Below are positions 24,316-34,900 of a stretch of 64,000 nt of DNA, piece after piece. The DNA is from Tubiluchus corallicola (taxonomy: Eukaryota > Animalia > Priapulida). A program made the position numbers and the translations under genes. The notes below the pieces were generated by a model that saw nothing but the letters and a program-made list of their open reading frames with translations, searched no databases and had not been told where the DNA came from. The stretch spans positions 93,860 to 157,859 of the forward strand of contig JAQGDQ010000458.1 in the NCBI GenBank assembly GCA_030141605.1. Reading direction: 5' to 3'. How positions within the stretch are numbered: the stretch's first letter is position 1; the number at the start of each line of letters is the position of its first letter.

Positions 24316-25601
24316 GATGGTGTAAGTCATGCAAAGCTTAGGCACTAAATGTGAGGGTAGATTCACCACTGTTCCAACCTTACCCCTCAAGACTGCAGAC
24401 GGTGTGAGTCACGCAAAGCTTAGGCACTAAATGTGAGGGTAGATTCACCACTGTTCCAACCTTACCCCTCAAGACTGCAGATGGTGTAAGTCACGCAAAG
24501 CTTAGGCACTAAATGTGAGGGTAGATTCACCACTGTTCCAACCTTACCCCTCAAGACTGCAGATGGTGTAAGTCACGCAAAGCTTTGGCACTAAATGTGA
24601 GGGTAGATTCACCACTGTTCCAACCTTACCCCTCAAGACTGCAGACGGTGTGAGTCACGCAAAGCTTAGGCACTAAATGTGAGGGTAGATTCACCACTGT
24701 TCCAACCTTACCCCTCAAGACTGCAGACGGTGTAAGACATGCAAAGCTTAGGCACTAAATGTGAGGGTAGATTCACCACTGTTCCAACCTTACCCCTCAA
24801 GACTGGAGATGGTGTAAGTCACGCAAAGCTTAGGCACTAAATGTGAGGGTAGATTCACCACTGTTCCAACCTTACCCCTCAAGACTGCAGATGGTGTAAG
24901 TCACGCAAAGCTTAGGCACTAAATGTGAGGGTAGATTCACCACTGTTCCAACCTTACCCCTCAAGACTGCAGATGGTGTAAGTCACGCAAAGCTTTGGCA
25001 CTAAATGTGAGGGTAGATTCACCACTGTTCCAACCTTACCCCTCAAGACTGCAGACGGTGTGAGTCACGCAAAGCTTAGGCACTAAATGTGAGGGTAGAT
25101 TCACCACTGTTCCAACCTTACCCCTCAAGACTGCAGACGGTGTAAGACATGCAAAGCTTAGGCACTAAATGTGAGGGTAGATTCACCACTGTTCCAACCT
25201 TACCCCTCAAGACTGCAGATGGTGTAAGTCACGCAAAGCTTAGGCACTAAATGTGAGGGTAGATTCACTACTGTTCCAACCTTACCCCTCAAGACTGCAG
25301 ACGGTGTAAGACATGCAAAGCTTAGGCACTAAATGTGAGGGTAGATTCACCACTGTTCCAACCTTACCCCTCAAGACTGCAGACGGTGTAAGACATGCAA
25401 AGCTTAGGCACTAAATGTGAGGGTAGATTCACTACTGTTCCAACCTTACCCCTCAAGACTGCAGACGGTGTAAGACATGCAAAGCTTAGGCACTAAATGT
25501 GAGGGTAGATTCACCACTGTTCCAACCTTACCCCTCAAGACTGCAGACGGTGTAAGACATGCAAAGCTTAGGCACTAAATGTAAGGGTAGATTCACCACT
25601 G
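24316..25601. repeat. 82-bp tandem array, ~15.7 copies
   Basis: GATGGTGTAAGTCACGCAAAGCTTAGGCACTAAATGTGAGGGTAGATTCACCACTGTTCCAACCTTACCCCTCAAGACTGCA units. Confidence 0.97.
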
Positions 25602-26167
25602 CTTCAGCAATAAATGTGATTATTCAGGACTGTTATTTGTTTCTGTACCTCTCAAGCAAAAAGTTACGTATCACCCTGATTTTTACAGTTCATATTGTTT
25701 TTTTTAGTCTGATGGCCTTAAGATATACACAAATGTGAGTTTTCGATGAAAGCATTCCTGTAGCAATCCCAGGGCATTTTAAATTTACAATTATTGTAAA
25801 TTTACATTACTTGTTGCAAGTATTCCAAGGCGCAATAATTGCCTCACAATTCAGGTTCTTTAGAAAATGCATGCAAGGAGTTTTAGTTCCATGTGTTTAT
25901 GCGCGAAAGTAAAAAGAAAAGGTAAGATTTGCTTGACATTTTTCAAGATGGGTTTGGAAGATCGTAGGCATCGGTCTTTAATCAGAGATGGTAAAATCTT
26001 CATTAATGTTTGGAGAATCCTTGTTGCTATGGCAACACGTGCCGTTAATACTTTGCTTTGGTGTACTGGACTAGTCGTATGTTGTCAACCGTTTACTAGG
26101 AATAAGAAGCAACTGACGGTACCTTTTTTAAATGAGGTACCTTCAAATTTATCGAAGCTTTTATTAA

Positions 26168-27268
26168 AGGAAAGGACAAGTCACTCAGCATGTTGGGTTT
26201 ATTTTACTGTTATCACTTAAACTGTTTGTGGTGTGCTAAAGGAAAGGACAATTCAGTTAGCATGTTGGGTTTATTTTACTATTATCACTTAAACTGTTTG
26301 TGGTGTGCTAAAGGAAAGAACAAGTCACTCAGCATGTTGGGTTTATTTTACTGTTATCACTTAAACTGTTTGTGGTGTGCTAAAGGAAAGAACAAGTCAC
26401 TCAGCATGTTGGGTTTATTTTACTGTTATCACTTAAACTGTTTGTGGTGTGCTAAAGGAAAGAACAAGTCACTTAGCATGTTGGGTTTACGTTACTGTTA
26501 TCACTTAAACTGTTTGTGGTGTGCTAAAGGAAAGAACAAGTCACTTAGCATGTTGGGTTTATTTTACTATTATCACTTAAACTGTTTGTGGTGTGCTAAA
26601 GGAAAGGACAAGTCACTTAGCATGTTGGGTTTATTTTACTGTTATCACTTAAACTGTTTGTGGTGTGCTAAAGGAAAGAACAAGTCACTTAGCATGCTGG
26701 GTTTATTTTACTATTATCACTTAAACTGTTTGTGGTGTGCTAAAGGAAAGAACAAGTCACTTTGCATGTTGGGTTTATTTTACCTTAGAAACTTAGAAAA
26801 AATAAGAAAGAAATTTGCAAAAAAACTGTCTATAAAGAATAAAGTTAATTTATAACACTGCAGTACAGAAATTTTCAGATGCAGTGGTAGTCGCCATTCA
26901 CTTGAAAATTATGACGTAACTGCTGGACTTTGTGTGTGACTTTTCGTTAACGCATCGTAGTTTTTAACGCACCGTAAGCGCAGACTGTTTAAGCTAATTT
27001 AAACTTCTACAGCTTACCTAATGTTCGTGGCAAAAATATCACAAAATTTTTTGTAAAAATGTATTATACTTTTTTTTTCTTCCACCAGTCAATGCTGTCA
27101 TTGGTGAAAGGATGGCCGTTTAAAATGGAGGCACCCAAACGTGAAATGATCGCGACTTTAAAGTGATTTTACTAATCACACGAGACTCTTATCGCACTTT
27201 TACAGTAAATTCTTCTAGTATTTTGCGCGAAATTGAACCCTAACTTCCCAGAAGGCTTGACTTTTCCT
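26168..27268. mobile_element. TTAA-flanked (Kolobok-like) element whose left end is amplified as a 72-bp array (26166-26782, ~8.5 copies)
   Basis: TTAA-AGGAAAGGACAAGTC ... GGCTTGACTTTTCCT-TTAA termini. Confidence 0.7.
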
Positions 27269-28356
27269 TTAAATAAGATCTTAGTTCACATTACTATCAG
27301 GTGATGAAGTTTTCTCCACGTTGCATTTAGAGTGTAAATAATGCGCACACATCCCACATGAGTTTGCTCTAGCTGTCTGCACAATGGGTGCTGAATAGTG
27401 CTTTAGCTAAGCTATGAATCTACTTTTTATACTTACGTTAGCAAAACTATGAATTCAGAGCTTAAGTACAGAATTATACATAAGTTAATAGTGCCAAACG
27501 CGTAATTCTAACTTGTTTCGAAATTTTTTAGGTTTGCGAAAGTCTGTCTGTCCATTTGTCTGTCTACAGTTGCTTTTTTCTTGATTGAGTTTTACTTGCT
27601 TTAGTCTAATTTTAATAGCAGTGGTTTGCAGTTTTAATTTTTGCCAGTTAATTTACGTACATTTGTGATAAGATATCAGGTCTTAATTTAATTATCTTTT
27701 TAACCCTATTTTGTGCTAATTTTTATGGTTTCAATTTTATGTATCGTGATGAAAAATTTGCCAGTGCTAAAAATTTGCTAGTTAAATAATTCTTGAGTAC
27801 TAAACTGTTAGTTAACGTGTTTTATAGCGAATATGCAAAATTGTGTTGTATATAACGGACAATTTAACTGCAGTACGGTATTATTTATTGATACGATTTC
27901 ATACGAAAATTTAGTCGTACGTAAAAATGTTTACGTTGACAATTTCCCTGCATTCCGGCTTCTTAGTGACAGGATTGAAGTCAACTTTGTGCAAATGTGC
28001 AGTAGGTTTTTCTTGTAATGAAAAGTTTTTGCAAATGTGCAGTAGGTTTTTCTTGTAATGAAAAGTTCGTGTCCTAATAATTAGGATAAGTAGCATAGTG
28101 ACGAATTACTCCTGCTGCCAACTGTTAACTTATTATTGTATAAACTGTTTATCTGACAATATTGGTGATATATTTAAAACAATATTATGTACAGTCGTTT
28201 GCGTTGGTTGACAATTTTTTTATTAGACAATAAACAGCGGAAATGCATAATTGATTAAATGTGTTGCTATTGTCTTTCATTAGTGAAAGTGCTCGACTGC
28301 TACCTTCTCTCGCAAAACCACCGCGTCTCTCTCAATTCTTGCAGGAGAGTCTAGCC

Positions 28357-28817
28357 CAGGGATGAGAATTTTCCGTCAGTAGTGCCATTTTTGTAAATCG
28401 CGTAAATTCGTTGAGAAAATTTTTACGGACCCAGTACATTATTTCACAAGCTGACCGCTAGTTGGCAGGCCGTCACTTTGTTTACGTCACGTACATCAGT
28501 GTAACCACGTGTATATCTCTATATATAAAAATATAGAATCAATTGTGCGGAGTTGTTTGAGTCAATTGCAGACAGTTTTTATATACTTTTGCATAGCAGC
28601 GGCCAGTAGTTACGCTTTTTTGATGCAATTAGGTATCATGTATCCTTGATAGTTGGGTATTTTAAATTATGCATGAAACAAGGTAACTGATATGGTCACT
28701 ATGGTCACAAAATTGCAATTTGTTGCTGGCTCCCCTTGAACTCCATTGGGGGCCTAGGTGGCCCCAAAACCCCCGGCCTGTTTCAGAGTTTGTTACAATT
28801 TGTCATTCTCATCCCTG
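28357..28817. mobile_element. hAT-like MITE; other copies at 61129-61558 and (partial) 43693-43870
   Basis: TIR CAGGGATGAGAAT...ATTCTCATCCCTG and shared interior. Confidence 0.85.
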
Positions 28818-28873
28818 GCGTAGTGTCGTAAACACGCGCGTGGGGGTGTTCAAGTCACCTGTGTTTAGTTTGG

Positions 28874-28900
28874 TCACGTCGGTTCATTTAGCGCCATGTC
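28874..28900 (-). CDS. TELO2: TELO2 probable terminal exon 18
   Basis: Strong acceptor TTTGTTTTTCAG|DMALNEPT*; no homology support. Confidence 0.65.
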   Translation of the reverse strand, partial: DMALNEPT

Positions 28901-31900
28901 CTGAAAAACAAATACAAATAGCTGTTATTTATTCAAAATTAAATGTTCTTTTTCTCTTTGTTTTGCCAGCCTTCATCCATTCTTTCCACATAAGGATTAT
29001 TTCATTGTCCCGTACATAGATCAGCTCTGGTTCCAAGGGATTAGTCGTGGACAAAGTTTTTAAAAAAGTTCTAGAAAAGACGTCACTTCTATTCAAATGT
29101 CTTTGTTAATTCTCCAAGGGAAATGAGGGAAAATTCCTTGCAGGGAATTCTGTTTGACTTCTTATATTCTGTGAATTTTCTTTGCCAAGTATCAGAGAAC
29201 GCGATCAGTAATGTACTCTGGTAAAATGCAGAAGGTTACCATGCATTATGAGATACGTACCGTTTTAGCCATGTCGGCCATGACAGACAGATTCTGAGCA
29301 GCAAGCTGTTGGCACTGCACGTCTATGTCGTGTTCCACTACGTCTGAAAATGTTCTTAAATGAAGCTTAAAAAATCCGTTTTGAAATTTTGTATCACTTA
29401 CATGCTGTCTTACCGCACACGGGACTTGAGTTCACTTACATGCTGTCTTAGCACACATGGGACTTGAGTTCACTTACATGCACATGGGACCCGTGTGCGA
29501 TAAGACAGCATGTAAGTGAACTCGAGTCCCATGTGCGGTAAGACAGCATGTAAGTGAACTCGAGTCCCATGTGCAGTAAGACAGCATGTAAGTGAACTCG
29601 AGTCCCATGTGCGGTAAGACAGCATGTAAGTGAACTCGAGTCCCATGTGCGGTAAGACAGCATGTAAATGAACTCAAGTCCCGTGTGCGGTTAGACAGCA
29701 TGTAAGTGAACTCGAGTCCCATGTGCGGTAAGACAGCATGTAAGTGAACTCGAGTCCTATGTGCGGTAAGACAGCATGTAAGTGAACTCGAGTCCCATGT
29801 GCGGTAAGACAGCATGTAAGTGCACTCAAGTTCCATGTGCGGTAAGACAGCATGTAAGTGAACTCAAGTCCTATGTGCAGTAAGACAGCGTGCATGTAAG
29901 CACATTACAGCACATGGAAGTTTGATACCAAGCTCATTGCTCTATGCTATTTCTAAGCTGAGATAATCTACATTGAAGTTGAGGTGCAGGCTATGCACTG
30001 AAAAACATAATCTTGAGAAAATCACTGATAAAGTCAGCCACTGTTTTTTGTCGCGTTTCTAAAAAAAACTTAGCAACCGTACGAATGTGTGGTTGCTGTA
30101 AACTTTGCAAGAACACATTGAAGTTATGTTTAAATCTAGTAGATGGCCCTTTCTGACAAAGATCTGGTCTTGTCAACAGAAAAAAACCAAAAGCAAAATG
30201 ACTGCTTCCATGAGCTACTATTGGACTTTGAAAATACAAGTTTTTTACAATTGCAGTACTAGTTTCAAGACAGAAGAGTGGATATGGGATTATAAAATTA
30301 GATTGGTAGTATTTTTTTGAACTTTTTCTTGATAATTTGATGCTGGAATATAAAAGTCCAATATATTTACCGTTTATTTTTATAAAAAAACAAAAAATTC
30401 CCATTTGACCAAATTTTTGCTGCTCTCTACTTTGAAGCATCATAACTTAGTTTTGACTAAGCCGACTTAGGGACGGTTTCGGTTTGCAAGCAACACAATT
30501 ACAAAACACAAGTTGAGAAAATGAGTTGAAATGTGGCTCCATTTTTTCTGTTTTTTCTGCTGGGCATGGAAAAATGCTTGCAAGTTCAATCTGTGAATGG
30601 CTACACCCTTCCCTTTCTTACTCCAATCAAAACCGCGCAGAAGTCTTACCTATTAGCCACTCGCGACACTCCAACATTTCGCTGCTTAAATCAGACATCA
30701 ACACGTGAGCCGGTACGGTCAACGTTACCATGGAAATGGCAAATAACAAAGCCTGTCGCACGTATCTGAAAAAAGCCAATTTTAAGAATACGGTCTATTG
30801 CTGATCTATATGCAAAGACTTTAAATTATTAAGAATTCCCTTTTCTAGTTACATAGGTCTTTCAAACAGGTAAAAGTAATAAGTAATAATGCTTAGTAAT
30901 AATGCTAAGTAATAATGCTAAGTAATAATGCTAAGTAATAATGCTTAGTAATAATGCTTAGTAATAATGCTAAGTAATAATGCTTAGTAATAATGCTTAG
31001 TAATAATGCTTAGTAATAATGCTTAGTAATAATGCTAAGTAATAATGCTTAGTAATAATGCTTAGTAATAATGCTTAGTAATAATGCTTAGTAATAATGC
31101 TTAGTAATAATGCTTAGTAATAATGCTAAGTAATAATGCTTAGTAATAATGCTTAGTAATAATGCTTATGCTTAGTAATAATGCTTAGTAATAATGCTTA
31201 GTAATAATGCTAAGTAATATATATATGTTTACTGACTGATTAAGAGATAGTCGAACATGATATTTTGGTTCAGTCCATAGTTCACTACAAAAAAGGACTT
31301 TTGATCACATAACATGATCATTACTGTCCCAAAAACAGCTAAAGAATTATTTACAAATTCATGATAAACACTTTTGATCACATAACATGATCATTACTGT
31401 CCAAACATCGCTAAAGAGTTATTTACAAATTCACAATATGACTTTGGGTTTCCATCGAAAAATCCAAGCAGATCGTTGAAGTTCAGTTCAGTGTTATCTT
31501 CACGAAGGTGATTCGTAAGTGGACAAAAACAGATAACATGCTCTTCTGTTTGGATGTTTAAGCCAGAACAGGAGCATAGCCTGTCCTCTCTTTTTATCCT
31601 TGCCCATCTTCCAGTCTCAATAGCTAGGTTATGTGCGGAGAGGCGTAACCGAGATGTTTTAATCCTATGAACTTTGCATGGAAAGTTTTTCATACATTCC
31701 CTGTTCGCCCTCTATCTTTTATAGACGAGTAACTTGCTATCTAAATACTGAATAAATACATTGTAAATACAGTGCACTTGGATCTTACTTACGGCTGTGT
31801 GTGGTATCTTACAGCCCACACAAACTGCAGCAAAGTCACCGCCATTTGCTTTGCAATCTGCAAAAAAAATTACAGTTTCTTGTGATCACTTGCCGTTAGT

Positions 31901-34900
31901 AATCAAAATTAATACTAACAAAGTTACTTAGAGGCGCGAGGGAAGAGCTGAGTGGTGTGTGCTTAGCAACCAAAGCTAAGCAACACTGAGGTTGGTCAGT
32001 GAATGAGTGGTCATTTGGGAAGACCAATACTTGCTTTGGACCGTTTCGTTCTCCATACTAAATCTGATTATTTACTTCGTTGAGGGAGATGTATTGACAT
32101 TTGAACATATCCAAGACACCTTTACTGGTTCAGCGGCTCACCTAAAAGAACTGCCTTTGATAAAAAAACTAAGTTATGGCTCTGATGCAAACATCTACAG
32201 CAGCCAACGCCTACTGCTAGAGCATGACAAATTTTTCTATATATTAACGTAAAAGCTTAGTTTATTAAAATGCATATTAAACTAAAAGTTTAACATAAAC
32301 TGTAATTTGTAACTTATTTTTCATATCCAGTATAACAATAAAAAATAAAAAACATATACAAAAATAAAAATATAACATAAAATAATTAACATGATTTCCA
32401 GTTACAATTTACATTATTGAGGCCCTAGCTATTGTACTGCAGAATTTAACTTTAAATTTAATTTAATTAAGACCCTAATTAATTAAGTTTTTAGAAACTT
32501 AAAAATTCGTAGAAAATCCTTGACGTCTAATGAAACTTGCTGTGGGTCAAGCTAGGAGAAAATAGTCTAGACTGCTACACAGTTCTACTGCTGAGTGAGT
32601 GAAATGGCCTTGAACTTAGCACTGTGCTACTCTAAATATCCAGTCACCTGCCTTTTTTACAGCAGCTTTGTGTGCTGATGCATAACTACAGTGCAAGAAT
32701 GACTTGCAGTTCTAGTGAAAGTTATTCCAGCAAACATTTTTAGTAAACATTTAAAAGGTTTATTTAATAGGAAATATTTAAATTTTAGTGTATATGAGCT
32801 AACAGTTGGTGCATTTAAATTTGAGTGTATATGAGCTATCAGATGGTGCATTTAAATTTTAGTGTATATGAGCTCACAGTTGGTGCATTTAAATTTTAGT
32901 GTATATGAGCTATCAGTTGGTGCATTTGTATTTTAGTGTATATGAGCTAACAGTTGGTGCATTTAAATTTGAGTGTATACGAGCTATCAGTTGGTGCATT
33001 TAAATTTGAGTGTATATGAGCTAACAGTTGGTGCATTTAAATTTCAGCGTGTATGAGCTATCAGTTGGTGCATTTAAATTTTAGTGTATATGAGCTAACA
33101 GTTGGTACATTTAAATTTTAGTGTATATGAGCTATCAGTTGGTGCATTTAAATTTTAGTGTATATGAGCTATCAGTTGGCGCATTTAAATTTGAGTGTAT
33201 ATGAGCTATCAGATGGTGCATTTAAATTTTAGTGTATATGAGCTATCAGTTGGTGCATTTAAATTTTAGTGTATATGAGCTATCAGTTGGTGCATTTAAA
33301 TTTGAGTGTATATGAGCTATCAGTTGGTACATTTAAATTTTAGTGTATATGAGCTGTCAGTTGGTGCATTTAAATTTTAGTGTATATGAGCTATCAGTTG
33401 GTGCATTTAAATTTTAGTGTATATGAGCTATCAGTTGGTGCATTTAAATTTGAGTGTATATGAGCTCACAGTTGGTACATTTAAATTTTAGTGTATATGA
33501 GCTGTCAGTTGGTGCATTTAAATTTTAGTGTATATGGGCTGTCAGTTGATGCATTTGTATTTTAGTGTATATGAGCTAACAGTTGGTGCATTTAAATTTG
33601 AGTGTATATGAGCTATCAGTTGGTGCATTTAAATTTTAGTGCATATGAGCTGTCAGTTGATGCATTTGTATTTTAGTGCATATGAACTGTCAGTTGATGC
33701 ATTTGTATTTTAGTGTATAAGAGCTATTTGTTGGGCTGCTGCAATGGCTGAGAGAGCAACAATCATATCAGCTATGAGGCAATGTGGCATTTTAAGAGTT
33801 TTGTTCACGTCAAAAGCAACATACGTGACCGGTGTCCAAGCTGCAACTACGGAAACAGCTGCCAAAAATGAAAACATTAAAGAGTTCTCCGAAATGCCCG
33901 GAGAAAAGGGGCTTGTGGGGTTCTTGAGTTTTGTTTCAAAGGTTGCCAGGCAGTACAAATTCCATGAATTGATGAGCAAAGACTTTAAGAAGTTTGGAGC
34001 GAAGACCATGAGGACCAAGGTTGGAATATGGGACATGGTTCAGACGTGTGATCCGACCGAGATTCGCTGTATGATGCGCAGTACAGGAGAGTACCCTCGA
34101 AGGGCACCCATGGACAGCTGGGTGCTGTGGCGTGACGCAGCTAATGAAGCACAATCATTCCTCACGGCTGAAGGAGAACACTGGAGACGTCTGCGTAAAG
34201 CGGCGAGCAAGAAAATGCTGCGACCACAACTGCTACTGGAAAATGACAAGGTGATAAATGAAGTCATAACAGACATGATAGCAAGGATTAGGCATTTGCG
34301 CGACACGACCGGCGGTGGCGCCATCGTTCCGGGAATGACGAACGAAGCTTACAAGTGGTCCATGGAATCGATTGCCTCCATTCTGTTCGAGAAAAGATTG
34401 GGATGTTTGAGGGAACCAACTCCGCCAGAATCGCAGAGATTTATAGATGCTGTTGTTACTACGTTCAAGTACTCTAATTACGTGCAGACGTTTGCAAAAC
34501 AGCAACAGAAGCTGAACACGCCAATGTGGAAAACCTTCGCCGCGGCATTCAACGAAATCTTCGGTTACGCAAGGAAAGTTATCGACGAAAAAGTGAAGCA
34601 GCTGGACAAAGAAGAAGAGCATGGCGGAGAAGCTAGTGCGTCGTTCCTGAATTTTGTCATATCTAATCCGAACTTGACGCGAAAAGAAGCGTACGCCATG
34701 ATGACAGAGCTGCTACTAGCCGGAGTCGACACGACGTCCAATGCGCTCTGCTTCGCCATACACCTCTTAGCTGAAAATCCAGACACACAAGAACTGCTGC
34801 GGAACGAAGTCATGTCAATCACGGGCGACCGGAAGCTGACTGCCGGTGACCTCGGTCACATGTCATACATGAAAGCCGTCGTCAAGGAAACGCTTAGACT

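Noticed and set aside
23985-25601. CRISPR-like appearance of regular repeats
   Set aside because: No unique spacers, no cas genes, and eukaryotic context; these are plain tandem arrays.
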